Below, piece after piece: positions 1-9,960 of a DNA stretch of 64,000 bases (its first letter is position 1; each line of letters begins with the position of its first letter). Origin of the DNA: Thermoflexus hugenholtzii JAD2 (GTDB taxonomy: Bacteria > Chloroflexota > UBA11872 > UBA12225); the NCBI GenBank assembly GCA_945907765.1, contig CAMDTO010000004.1, positions 3,159 to 67,158 on the forward strand, in the 5' to 3' direction. The position numbers and the translations under genes are program-made. The notes under the pieces are model-generated. The model was not told the origin of the DNA. It saw only the letters and a list, made by a program, of their open reading frames with translations, and made no database searches.

Positions 1-1846
1 CGTCACCTTCATGGTCTCGGATGGGGTCTTCCCATCCAACGAGGCGCGCGGTTACGTCGCGCGGCGTCTCCTACGCCGTGCCGTCCGGTACGGACGTCTG
101 CTGGGGCAGAGCGGGCCATTCCTTGGGGCGCTCGTTGACGCGACCATTGCCCGTTTCGGCACCCTCTACCCGAACCTCGCGGAACGTGCGTCGACGATCC
201 GGCGTGTCGTCAACCAGGAAGAGGCCAGGTTCTCCGAGACCCTCGCCGCCGGGACCGAGCTTCTTGACGAGGCCCTTGGTCGCCTCACTCCGGGAGAATC
301 ACTCGCCGGGTTGACGGCCTTCAGGTTGTATGACACCTATGGGTTTCCGCTGGAACTGACGCGCGAGGTCGCCGAATCGCGAGGGGTCGCGATCGATGAG
401 GCAGCGTTCCACGTCGAACTTGAGGCGAGCCGCGTCCGCAGTCGAGCGTCGCAGCGTTTCACGAAGTTGGCTGAACTCGACCTTCCCGCGGTCACCACCG
501 AGTTCGTCGGCTACGACCGACTAACTGCCGATGGCGCGGTAGTCGTCGCTCTGCGCGCGGGCGGTGAGCGGGTCGTCACTGTCGAGGCCCACACGGAAGA
601 TGTGTGGGTAGTCCTCGACCGGACCCCGTTCTATGCCGAGCGTGGTGGCCAGGCAGGCGATACCGGCGTGCTGACCGGCCCTCACGGACGCATCGCCGTC
701 GTGACAACCCAGTCCCCCCAAGGGGAAGGGGCGATTGTGCATGTGGGGCGTGTTATCGAAGGCGCCATCGCCGAGGGAGACGTGGTTGTTGCGCAGGTTG
801 ACGAGGATGCGCGCCGAGGCACCATGGCGCACCACACGGCGACCCACCTTCTCCACGCCGCTCTCCGCGCCGAACTCGGGGAACACGTGCACCAGTCCGG
901 GTCACTCGTGACCCCCGATCGGTTGCGGTTTGATTTTGCGCACGGGCAGTCACTCACGCCCGACGAACGTCGCGCCGTTCAGGAGCGCGTGAACCGTGCC
1001 ATCAGGGCAAACCTTACGGTGGCGGTTGTCGAGATGCCCACTTCCGAAGCCGTCAAGATGGGGGCACTCGCGCTCTTTGACGAGAAATACGGTGCTCTTG
1101 CCCGTGTCGTGACGGTTCACTGTGCAACACCCTTGTTTGGTCAGGATGCAGCCAATGAGCCCCCGTTGAGCCGTGAATTGTGCGGTGGCACCCACGCATT
1201 CCATACCGGTGACGTCGGCCCGTTCGTGATACTTTCCGAAGGAAGTACCGGGTCTGGGATCCGTCGCATCGAGGCCCTTGCAGGCGCCGCCGCGATGGCA
1301 CACCTCGATCACCAGTCGGCGCTTCTCGATGGGCTTGCATCACGGCTCGGTTCGACGCGTGAAGACATTGGTTCGCGGTTCGACGCGGTGTTAGCTGATC
1401 TTTCCGACGTGCGTCGCCGTCTCGAGGCATCCGAACGCCGCGAGGCACAGGACGCGTTGTCGGACGCGTTGGCACAAGTCCAGACCTTTGCTGATGCTGG
1501 CGGACAGACAATCGCCGTGCTTGGTGCCGAGGTATCCGCAATGGTCGCGCCTACGCTCGACCGTCTGCGAGAGGCGTCCGACTGGCTTCGAGACAAGATT
1601 GGCGTGCCGGCGGTCATCGTCCTAGCGTCCGTGGTGGACGGTCGGGTCCAGGTGATCGCGACGGTGCACCGTGATCTCTCGCGTACCGTGGGTGCCAAAA
1701 AGGTGTTGTCCGAAGTGACTGCCGAACTCGGTGGTCGCGGAGGTGGCCGTCCGGAGATGGCGCAGGGCGGTGGCGGAGATCCTGCCCGGCTAGGTGCTGC
1801 GCTTGCCCGAGGAACTGGCACGGCCCGAACGTCACTTACAGCTTGA
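1..1846 (+). CDS. alaS: alanine--tRNA ligase, C-terminal ~610 aa (5' end outside window)
   Basis: The frame is open from the window edge. It has the editing-domain motifs 'HHTATHLLHAAL' and 'CGGTH' and a C-terminal oligomerisation/DHHA1-like tail. TGA stop at 1844-1846. Confidence 0.9.
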   Translation, partial: VTFMVSDGVFPSNEARGYVARRLLRRAVRYGRLLGQSGPFLGALVDATIARFGTLYPNLAERASTIRRVVNQEEARFSETLAAGTELLDEALGRLTPGESLAGLTAFRLYDTYGFPLELTREVAESRGVAIDEAAFHVELEASRVRSRASQRFTKLAELDLPAVTTEFVGYDRLTADGAVVVALRAGGERVVTVEAHTEDVWVVLDRTPFYAERGGQAGDTGVLTGPHGRIAVVTTQSPQGEGAIVHVGRVIEGAIAEGDVVVAQVDEDARRGTMAHHTATHLLHAALRAELGEHVHQSGSLVTPDRLRFDFAHGQSLTPDERRAVQERVNRAIRANLTVAVVEMPTSEAVKMGALALFDEKYGALARVVTVHCATPLFGQDAANEPPLSRELCGGTHAFHTGDVGPFVILSEGSTGSGIRRIEALAGAAAMAHLDHQSALLDGLASRLGSTREDIGSRFDAVLADLSDVRRRLEASERREAQDALSDALAQVQTFADAGGQTIAVLGAEVSAMVAPTLDRLREASDWLRDKIGVPAVIVLASVVDGRVQVIATVHRDLSRTVGAKKVLSEVTAELGGRGGGRPEMAQGGGGDPARLGAALARGTGTARTSLTA

Positions 1847-2031
1847 ATGCTTCCCAGCCGGTCATTTTCACGCTTGGGCGCAGTTCCATGACCGCGGGCG
1901 GTGTCCCCTGCACGTGTTTGCGATTCTCGTTGCTGATCGGAACCACAGAGCCCCTCGTTCCGTAGCGCGGTGCGCCTGTTCGCCCGGGGTGCCCGCCAGA
2001 CCCGGGAAATCGTTCTGCTTTCGTTCGTGGG

Positions 2032-3492
2032 TTGACGGAAGATGCTGTCTCGCGAGCGGCCGTTACGTACCCGAAGCATCCGGATCGGGTGCCGGTCGAA
2101 ACACAAGGAATGAGCAGAATGCCTCGCCAGACTATTGCGGATTTACTGGGCAGGATTGGCGGGAGTGGTCTTGCTGCGATACGGCGACGTGTTGTCGCAG
2201 GATCGGGCCGCAATCGGGACGCAGCTGGCCAGTCGAACCGGATAGCGCCACCAGATTCATCCTTCCTCTCGGTCATCGATTGTGGTGCGGGTCTGATCAA
2301 GGCCGTGGTTGTCGAGCCCGAACAGCGTGGCGATGACCATTCCGCGCCTGGTCACGTGCGTGTTTTGGGGGTTGGTGTGGCTCCCACGCCAGTGACGACG
2401 GCGATGGAGGTTGACCCTGGAGAGCTGTTGACTTCGGTTGAACGTGCCCTCCGGGAGGCGGAAGATCTCGCAGGAACTATCCCGAGGCGCGCGATGCTGG
2501 CAGTCCCCGGTGCCCAGACCGTAGTGGCGCTGGGAGAGGGAACGGTTATTCGTCCCTCGCCCTCGGCTCCCATCACCCGGGACGAGTTGGCCGAGGCAAT
2601 GGGCTTGGCACGGTCAGCCGCGTTGGCCAGGGCGCGCGAATACATGAGGGAAGACCGGGGCGACGTGACCGATCTCCGCGTCGTGAGCGCGGCCCTGTTC
2701 TCGATCATCGTTGATGCCGAGAGCGTCACCCAGGCAGTCGGTTTGACAGGTGCGAAGGTCACGGTTTCGCTCGCAGTCGCTGCTACCGAACTGGCGGTTT
2801 TCCAAAATCTCCGCACGTTGGCGGAACGCCTCGACCTGGAATTGGTCGGTGTGGTGGCGGTGCCCGCCGCCTTGGGTAGCGCGGTGCGGACCATCGTCCC
2901 GCCGTCTGGCGCCGTAGTAATCGATATCGGCGCTGGTGCCACGACAATCGCACGCATCGGGCAAGCGGGAACGGAACTCTCCCTTTCGGTGCCGATTGGC
3001 ACGAATGCGCTCGAGGATCATCTGGTGGCGGAGACCGGGTTGACCACGTCCCAGTCGCGGGAAACCCTGAACCACTATGTTTCTGGAGACCTCAGCAAGA
3101 TTTCCCGGAGTGCGAACCGGGATCACGTCCAACGGGTTGGGGCGTTCTTTGCGTCGGTCTGGCGTGATGCGGTTGAAGTCCGGTTGACCGATCTTGCGCG
3201 GGAACACCCGCTCCCCCCGCTGGTCTGGCTGTGCGGTGGTGGCGCGCGATTGCCGGACCTGCGGGGTGTCCTGACCGGACCAGCGTGGCGAAATTCGTAC
3301 TTTGATCAGACCCCGGTCGTCTCAATCTTGGGACCGACGGATTTGGTCGAACTCCACGGTGACCCCGAACACCTGGGGCGCCTGAATGGGTCGGTCCTCG
3401 TGCCATCATTGGCACTGGGCATCGCAGCGGTGCAGGCGATCGCGCCAACGGACGACTTGTCCTCCCTGGTAAGCCGCCTGCGGTCGTCATAG
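2032..3492 (+). CDS. FtsA/PilM-like actin-fold ATPase (start uncertain; ATG at 2110 or 2119 possible)
   Basis: Phosphate-1-like 'VIDCGAGLIKAVVV' and phosphate-2-like 'VVIDIGAGATTIARI' motifs are spaced as in FtsA, with an inserted domain between them. No ftsZ is adjacent. Confidence 0.6.
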   Translation: MTEDAVSRAAVTYPKHPDRVPVETQGMSRMPRQTIADLLGRIGGSGLAAIRRRVVAGSGRNRDAAGQSNRIAPPDSSFLSVIDCGAGLIKAVVVEPEQRGDDHSAPGHVRVLGVGVAPTPVTTAMEVDPGELLTSVERALREAEDLAGTIPRRAMLAVPGAQTVVALGEGTVIRPSPSAPITRDELAEAMGLARSAALARAREYMREDRGDVTDLRVVSAALFSIIVDAESVTQAVGLTGAKVTVSLAVAATELAVFQNLRTLAERLDLELVGVVAVPAALGSAVRTIVPPSGAVVIDIGAGATTIARIGQAGTELSLSVPIGTNALEDHLVAETGLTTSQSRETLNHYVSGDLSKISRSANRDHVQRVGAFFASVWRDAVEVRLTDLAREHPLPPLVWLCGGGARLPDLRGVLTGPAWRNSYFDQTPVVSILGPTDLVELHGDPEHLGRLNGSVLVPSLALGIAAVQAIAPTDDLSSLVSRLRSS

Positions 3493-3646
3493 CAAGTGCA
3501 ACCGGTCCTGTCCAAGGCGCGAATCGGCCATTCTTCCCTGTTGGGCCACCGTTCGCTGTTGTTGCGGCGTGAATCGCGGCCGCGACGTGAAGTCACCAAC
3601 GGCGGCGTAACCGCAACCGTTCCGGGGCGTTGCGAGTACCAGAGTT

Positions 3647-6148
3647 ATGGCGACTGCAACCGCTATCCACGCGAACGCTGAACAGCAACCCACCCTGCTT
3701 CCGTGTCCTGCGGGTGCCTCGCTCCTTTCGCTCGCCTCGGCGATTGAATCGGCGAACGGAGTGCGCGTGATCCTTGACGCGCGTGACGTTCCTGCGTCAC
3801 TGCGGACACGGGCCAGCCTGATCGTTCTGAAGAGGCGCGCAGACCGGCGTGGCAAGTTGCTGCGCCTGATCGCTGCGAACCGTGACTTGCGACGCATGGC
3901 GGCTCGCGAAGGCATTGATGCGATCGCATCTCCCGACTTTGAGTCTGTTGCGTGGTCTGATCACGGCTCGGCTTCTGGGTTCGGCCCGGCGGGTGCAGTG
4001 CCTGCTGTTGCCGTTCCACCTCTACCAACCTTTCCGGAGGGGCGCGGTGACGACGACTTGATTCGGTCGACGCCTGATACACGTCCGTTGACCTTTCTCG
4101 CGAGGCAGGGATCACCCGATGCCCGCGTCGGAGTCATCGATGAACTGATGATCTTCGGTGCGCGTGCGCGTGGCTTGGATGACGTGCATTCGCCACACAC
4201 CTCCCCATCGTCACCGATCGAGATACGCGCCGGCATGTCGACGGTCGAGGCTTGGCTTGATATCGACGTGACCCCGGGTCGCGCCTCCGACCCGTTGCCG
4301 CAAGGTGCCGCGTCTGGGGCGCCACATGACGCAAGTGGCACAACGCCAACCCATCCAGAGGAAGATCGCAGCCCGGCCCGGCGGGTGCACTCGCTACGGA
4401 TCGTGCGTGGGCCCGAGACCGGCACACCCGGTGAGGAACTCCTTGGCAATCCAGACGGTTCGCATGACCCGGTGGACGTCATTGCGACGTCAGTCCCCAA
4501 TGGTTCTACCGGTGGCGCCGATGAGGCACGAACCGGGGTGCGACGACCCACCGCGCCTCTCCGGGCGAAGCCTAGCCGGATGGCGCGACACCGGACGAGT
4601 GGCCGGATCGTGCGCGAACCCACATTGGGTGAGCGACGCCACATTGAGAAGATCCGTCGACTTGCAGGTGACCAAGCCGAGGCCATGGAAACGGGACGGG
4701 TGCGCCCATCCGTACCGGCACCGTTCGGCGGCATTGGCGGGAAAAGTGCGGATGCGATCGGTGAAGTGGTCAGCGGCATTCGCCAAGTTATTGAGACCGG
4801 CATCGGGTCTAACCAAGTGCGCAACGCGCGACGGAGTGCCCCGAGGATAGCCACCGTGGCACTCTCATTGGTGTGGACCGCGGTCGTCGGTACGCTGCGA
4901 TGGGTATTCCGGTTGCTGGGTTGGCTAGGTGTCGGCCTCGTAAGGTTGCCGGCCCCGGTTCAGCGTGGACTTGTCGCCTTCGCCGGCGTCGCGGGCCTGG
5001 TTGGAATGTTTGTCTGGTACGTGTTTCCTTCGGCGACCGTCGAGATCGTTCCGGATGTCGATACATGGTCAACCACGATGCCGATCACCATCGATCCGGG
5101 TGCCCGAAAGGCTGATCCGGTGACCGGGCGCGTTCCAGGCAAGTGGATCGTCAAGGAAGTGACCGAGACCGCACAGCTGCCGGCATCTGGCAAGCGCACC
5201 GTTCCAGATGGGCGCGCCACTGGCGATGCAGTTTTCGTCAACAGGTCCGACAAGGCGATCACCGTGCCGAAGGGGACGATTGTCCTAGCAGGGTCACAGC
5301 GGTTCGCAACTCAAGTGGATGTGGTGGTGGCGGGGACGACGTTCACTGGTGCATCGCGAAGGTTTGCCGTTAGTCGTGTCCCAATTCAGGCGATCGCTGG
5401 CGGTGTAGCGGGGAATGTGGAGAAACAGCAAATCGTGGCCATTGAAGGCACGCTTGCTGGCCAGTTGGATGTCCAGAACGACGTGGCCCTCCGAGGAGGC
5501 ACCGACCGTGCCATCACCTTTGTCAATCCGGACGATCGTCGACGTGCCCAGGAGAATGCTCAGAAATCTGCCATTGACAAGCTGGCGGCACAGGTCAAAT
5601 CCGTGTCTATCGATCCTCAAAAGGAAGTCGCGGTGCCCCTGACAACCCCTGGTGCGTCTCCTATTGGGCCCGGGGGAATGATGTCCGTTTCCGAAGTTAC
5701 GTACAGCAAGAACGAGAACGATGAGGCGACATCGGTTCAGGCAACCGTCAAGGTCCGGTACGCCGTAACGACCTTCGCACTTGCAGATGTGCAGGAACTT
5801 GCTCAAGGTGCCGTGATCAACCGCATCGCTCAGGAACGTCCGGGATTTGCTCCGGTGACCGGAACGGCGCGGGTACAGACCCCGGAAGTTGGATCATTTG
5901 AGACGGTCACTGGCCAGGTTCAGGTTCGCGCCAGGGCCACCGCGTGGGTCGTTCCTATCTTCAATGCGTCCGATATCCGGGCCGCGATTTCGGGCCTGAC
6001 GCCCGATGATGCCCGGACGTACCTGCGATCACTCACAGGTGCTGCGTCCACTCGTCTTGAGGCGTGGCCAGAATGGAAATCAACCTTGCCAGGCATCGGG
6101 TGGCGGATTTCAGTGACTACCCGGTCTTCCAACGGTACTGCGCCGTGA
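3647..6148 (+). CDS. membrane-anchored protein with baseplate J/gp47-like extracytoplasmic domain
   Basis: 833-aa ORF. It has a small N-terminal domain, a long P/S/G/A-rich linker and two hydrophobic helices ('VWTAVVGTLRWVFRLLGWLGVGLV', 'LVAFAGVAGLVGMFVWYVF'). The C-terminal domain carries the gp47/J-type signature 'AGGVAGNVEKQQIVAIEGTLAGQLDVQNDVALRGGTD'. Confidence 0.55.
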   Translation: MATATAIHANAEQQPTLLPCPAGASLLSLASAIESANGVRVILDARDVPASLRTRASLIVLKRRADRRGKLLRLIAANRDLRRMAAREGIDAIASPDFESVAWSDHGSASGFGPAGAVPAVAVPPLPTFPEGRGDDDLIRSTPDTRPLTFLARQGSPDARVGVIDELMIFGARARGLDDVHSPHTSPSSPIEIRAGMSTVEAWLDIDVTPGRASDPLPQGAASGAPHDASGTTPTHPEEDRSPARRVHSLRIVRGPETGTPGEELLGNPDGSHDPVDVIATSVPNGSTGGADEARTGVRRPTAPLRAKPSRMARHRTSGRIVREPTLGERRHIEKIRRLAGDQAEAMETGRVRPSVPAPFGGIGGKSADAIGEVVSGIRQVIETGIGSNQVRNARRSAPRIATVALSLVWTAVVGTLRWVFRLLGWLGVGLVRLPAPVQRGLVAFAGVAGLVGMFVWYVFPSATVEIVPDVDTWSTTMPITIDPGARKADPVTGRVPGKWIVKEVTETAQLPASGKRTVPDGRATGDAVFVNRSDKAITVPKGTIVLAGSQRFATQVDVVVAGTTFTGASRRFAVSRVPIQAIAGGVAGNVEKQQIVAIEGTLAGQLDVQNDVALRGGTDRAITFVNPDDRRRAQENAQKSAIDKLAAQVKSVSIDPQKEVAVPLTTPGASPIGPGGMMSVSEVTYSKNENDEATSVQATVKVRYAVTTFALADVQELAQGAVINRIAQERPGFAPVTGTARVQTPEVGSFETVTGQVQVRARATAWVVPIFNASDIRAAISGLTPDDARTYLRSLTGAASTRLEAWPEWKSTLPGIGWRISVTTRSSNGTAP

Positions 6149-6186
6149 TCTTTCATTAGCATGCCCTCGCACGTGACCCGGCATGC

Positions 6187-6798
6187 ATGCCGGACGGATC
6201 AGTGATGACCGTCATGATCGCCCTGGATGTGGGAGATCGTCGGATCGGGGTTGCCGCGAGTGACCCCACCGGCCTGCTGGCGTCGCCAGTCGGTGCGATC
6301 ATCCGAAACGATCTCGGATCGACCCTTGATGGGATCCGTTCGGTAGTGCGCGAGCGCGGTGCAACCGCAATTCTTGTTGGTGTTCCCCTAGGTCTTCTGG
6401 GAGAGGCGACGTCGCGGTCCGAGACTATTCACTCGCTTGCGGATCGAATCGCGGCGCATACCGGATTACCGATGGTGTTCCGGGACGAGCGAAACACCTC
6501 CCTGGATGCTTCGCGACTGGCGAATGCCGTAGATCTGGCCGGCGGGCATGTTGACGCGTTGGGTGATGCGTCTGCGACAGGGCGACGGGCACGGCTTCGC
6601 CCAATACCATCGGTGCGCGAGAGGGAAGCGCGTCGGCGACGGATCGATGCCTTGGCGGCGACAGTCCTGCTCCAGGCGTACCTCGACGAAAGACGCAGGT
6701 TCGAAGACGCCCTCAAGGATGCACTTGACGTCCGGGCAGGGGACAATGAAGCCGACTTTCTCGGGATGGCTGATCCCGAGATTGATGGCACACGGTGA
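6187..6798 (+). CDS. ruvX: Holliday-junction resolvase-like nuclease RuvX/YqgF
   Basis: N-terminal 'IALDVGDRRIGVAASDP' and C-terminal 'DALAATVLLQAYLD' are typical of YqgF. Its position upstream of mltG is conserved. Confidence 0.85.
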   Translation: MPDGSVMTVMIALDVGDRRIGVAASDPTGLLASPVGAIIRNDLGSTLDGIRSVVRERGATAILVGVPLGLLGEATSRSETIHSLADRIAAHTGLPMVFRDERNTSLDASRLANAVDLAGGHVDALGDASATGRRARLRPIPSVREREARRRRIDALAATVLLQAYLDERRRFEDALKDALDVRAGDNEADFLGMADPEIDGTR

Positions 6799-6801
6799 CG
6801 G

Positions 6802-8052
6802 GTGATGGCCACACAAAGCGACGCGGAACCACGAACCAAAATTGGTCGAGGGGCAGCGCGCGAGCGTCCTCTGGCCGAGACAGTCCAGTCACAGCGCAAG
6901 ACTACGCGTCGGCGCGGTGGTGAGATCGGTGGTGGACGGATTGTCGTCGCATTCGCGTTTCTGGTGGCAGTGGGAGGCTTCGTCTTCAACGCCATCTGGT
7001 CCGGCATGAATGACCCGCAGACGGCAACGGTGGCGGTCGGCGACATGGCTGTGACAACACGCACAACTTCGGCCGGGCGGTCGACCCCGGCCCCAACCGT
7101 TGCTCCCGGCGCACAGGTGACGTTCGTCATCGCACCGGGTGACACGGCAACAGTCATAGCCGAGCGACTGGCCGAGGTTGGACTCGTCCCCAATGCACGG
7201 CTCTTCCGCATGGCCGTCATCTGGCGAGGCGCAGAGGACCGCATGCTTGCAGGGTCGTACCAGATTCGGCAGGGCATGTCGATGAATGAACTCATCGACG
7301 CCTTCCAGATACAGAAGGTGCGCGAGATGACGCTCACGTTCATTGAGGGACGTCGCCTCGAGGAACAGGCCGAGACAATTGCGACATCAGCGGCCGGGAT
7401 TGATCCGGAGCAGTTTGTCTTGGGTGCCCGACGGGCGAACTTCGTGTACGAGTTCCTGCAAGCCCGACCTGCAGGCACATCGCTGGAGGGCTATCTCTTT
7501 CCGGACACCTACCGGGTCCTGCCGAACGACACGACTGCCGATGACGTCATTCACATGATGCTGCGTCGTTTCGGGCAGATCGTCACGCCGCAGTATGTTG
7601 CAGAGGTCCGGCGAAATACGGGGCTGCCCGATCTGACCGTGCATCAGATCGTGACGATTGCCTCAATTGTTGAACGTGAGGCGGCTGTTCCATCCGAACG
7701 GGCACGTATTGCGTCGGTCTATCTGAACCGCTTCCGTGATGGGGAGGGCCTGTTTGCCGATCCGACGGTCCAGTACGCCGTTGGCAAGTCGGGGGCGTGG
7801 TGGCCCGTCCTTCGTGACGCACCGAGACTGATTGCACCCGATTCGTCGTACAACACGTATGTGCAACGGGGCTTGCCTCCCGGTCCCATCGCGAACCCTG
7901 GAGAGGCCTCCCTCCGCGCCATGGCCTCCCCCGACGGAAGTGGGTTCAAATACTTCGTCCGGAACGATGTCCGTAATGACGGCACACACGTCTTTGCAGT
8001 GACGCTTCGGGAACACGAGGCAAACCGGGTGAAATACCAGAAGCCCGGCTAG
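6802..8052 (+). CDS. mltG: endolytic murein transglycosylase MltG (YceG-like)
   Basis: N-terminal TM helix; 'GYLFPDTY', 'ASIVEREA' and 'SYNTY...GLPPGPIANPG' motifs. Confidence 0.85.
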   Translation: MMATQSDAEPRTKIGRGAARERPLAETVQSQRKTTRRRGGEIGGGRIVVAFAFLVAVGGFVFNAIWSGMNDPQTATVAVGDMAVTTRTTSAGRSTPAPTVAPGAQVTFVIAPGDTATVIAERLAEVGLVPNARLFRMAVIWRGAEDRMLAGSYQIRQGMSMNELIDAFQIQKVREMTLTFIEGRRLEEQAETIATSAAGIDPEQFVLGARRANFVYEFLQARPAGTSLEGYLFPDTYRVLPNDTTADDVIHMMLRRFGQIVTPQYVAEVRRNTGLPDLTVHQIVTIASIVEREAAVPSERARIASVYLNRFRDGEGLFADPTVQYAVGKSGAWWPVLRDAPRLIAPDSSYNTYVQRGLPPGPIANPGEASLRAMASPDGSGFKYFVRNDVRNDGTHVFAVTLREHEANRVKYQKPG

Positions 8053-8071
8053 CCGTGGCTATCATTCCGGC

Positions 8072-9226
8072 ATGACAGAACTTAACCGCGATCATTCCGC
8101 CGGCGTGGGCGCGACACGTCTGGCCGCATTGAGGCGCCATCTTGCCGCCCTGAACGCCGACCCGGCGCGGACGGCTTCAATCGATGCAATCCTCATCACG
8201 CAAGCCGACAACCGTCGTTACCTGACCGGGTTCACCGGTTCGGCGGGCCAGGTGGTTGTGTCGGCGACCGATGCGGTGATCTTTACCGACTTCCGCTATG
8301 TCGAACAGGCTTCGGTCCAGGCACCGTCGTTTACCGTCGTCCAGCCTGCAGGGTCGCCGTGGGCAGCGATTGCACAGCGTGCGTCGGATCACGGTGTCGC
8401 GCACTTGGCAATCGAGTCGGACGACATGACTGTCGATGGACATCGGCGGTTAGTCGCCTCGATGGCCCAACACGCCCCCGGGTGCGCCATCTCGGGCGAG
8501 GCCGGGCTTCTGGTTCCCTTGCGCCAAGTGAAGGATGCCTCTGAAGTCGAGAGGATTCGCCGTGCCGTCCTGATCGGTGACCGGGCAATCGAAACGGTTA
8601 CCGCAGGATTGCGTCCCGGCATGACGGAACGCGAGATTGCATGGCGTCTTGAGGTGGTAATGCGTGAGGCAGGTGCGACCGGTCTCTCGTTTCCGACGAT
8701 CGTTGCGAGTGGCCCGAATGGCGCCATGCCGCATCACCGACCGGGGAACCGCGAAATCCAGCCGGGTGATCCGATCGTGATCGACATGGGGTGCGTCGTT
8801 GACGGCTACTGTTCTGACATGACGCGGACGGTCGTTTTGGGTGAGCCGGATGCCAAGTTCTGGAATGTGTACCGGACGGTTTTGGCGGCGCAGACGGTCT
8901 GCGAGGATGGGTTGCGGGCGGGAATGACCGGCATCGAGGCTGATGCACTTGCCCGCGACACGATCGGACGTGCCGGATTTGACCCGGTGGCGTGCTTCGG
9001 CCATGGGACCGGCCACGGTGTTGGAATGGCGATCCATGAGCCTCCGTGGTTGAGCAGTTCCGAACGTGGTTCGGGTCGGATTCCGGTAGGCGCAGTGGTG
9101 ACGGTCGAACCTGGAATCTACCTGCCCGGTTGGGGAGGCGTGCGCATCGAGGACATCGTCGTGGTTGGTGAACAGCGGTGCCAGGTCCTGACTACCGCGC
9201 ACAAACAACCCGTTGTGGCTGTTTGA
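8072..9226 (+). CDS. Xaa-Pro aminopeptidase / M24B family peptidase
   Basis: M24 metal-ligand motifs 'DMGCVVDGYCSDMTRT', 'HGTGHGVGMAIHEPP' and 'VTVEPGIY'. It lies upstream of efp, as in Firmicutes. Confidence 0.85.
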   Translation: MTELNRDHSAGVGATRLAALRRHLAALNADPARTASIDAILITQADNRRYLTGFTGSAGQVVVSATDAVIFTDFRYVEQASVQAPSFTVVQPAGSPWAAIAQRASDHGVAHLAIESDDMTVDGHRRLVASMAQHAPGCAISGEAGLLVPLRQVKDASEVERIRRAVLIGDRAIETVTAGLRPGMTEREIAWRLEVVMREAGATGLSFPTIVASGPNGAMPHHRPGNREIQPGDPIVIDMGCVVDGYCSDMTRTVVLGEPDAKFWNVYRTVLAAQTVCEDGLRAGMTGIEADALARDTIGRAGFDPVACFGHGTGHGVGMAIHEPPWLSSSERGSGRIPVGAVVTVEPGIYLPGWGGVRIEDIVVVGEQRCQVLTTAHKQPVVAV

Positions 9227-9391
9227 GGTCCGACCCATACAACAGGAGGCTTCCCGGGAGACCCGTACACTTCGGACGTATAGGAAGACTGACGTGCTCC
9301 GGCCTTGCCGGCAATCGGCGTGTGCCCCGCCCGTTTCCCCGGGCGCCCTGCGACGCTGGGTGCGCATGAACATCACTGGAGACAGACGAAC

Positions 9392-9949
9392 GTGATCACA
9401 GTTGGCGAACTGCGCAAGGGAGTCGGGATCGAACTCGACGGCAAGATCTGCAGCATCGTTGAGTTCCAGCACATCAAGATCGGGCGTGGTGGTGCGTTGG
9501 CGCGCCTCAAGTTGCGCGACCTTCGCAGCGGAGCCATCTTCGACAAGACTTTCTCCGCATCGGAGAAGTTCCGGCGCATCCGCATTGAGCGTCGCCCAGT
9601 GACGTACCTCTACAACGACGAAGACATGTACCACTTCATGGATCAGGAGACATACGAGCAGCGTCCCATCACCAAGGGCATCCTTGGCGACGCGGTTAAT
9701 TACCTCAAGGATGGGATCCAGCTGGAGATCAACCTGTACGGCGAGGAAGCGATCGGCGTGGAGTTGCCCCTGAACATGGTGATGTCGATCGTGCAGACCG
9801 ATCCCGGGTTCAAGGGGGATACTGCAACCGGTGGCACCAAGCCTGCAACCCTCGAGACAGGTCTCGTCGTGCAGGTTCCCCTGTTCGTGAACTCGGGTGA
9901 CCGGATCAAGGTCGATACCCGCGACGGCAGCTACATCGAACGCGCGTAG
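9392..9949 (+). CDS. efp: elongation factor P (GTG start; Arg at loop tip)
   Basis: The 185 aa align along their full length with B. subtilis EF-P ('FQHIKIGRGGALARLKL', 'GDTATGGTKPATLETG', 'DGSYIERA'). GGAGA lies 9 nt upstream of the GTG. Confidence 0.9.
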   Translation: MITVGELRKGVGIELDGKICSIVEFQHIKIGRGGALARLKLRDLRSGAIFDKTFSASEKFRRIRIERRPVTYLYNDEDMYHFMDQETYEQRPITKGILGDAVNYLKDGIQLEINLYGEEAIGVELPLNMVMSIVQTDPGFKGDTATGGTKPATLETGLVVQVPLFVNSGDRIKVDTRDGSYIERA

Positions 9950-9960
9950 GCAGGACGGCT

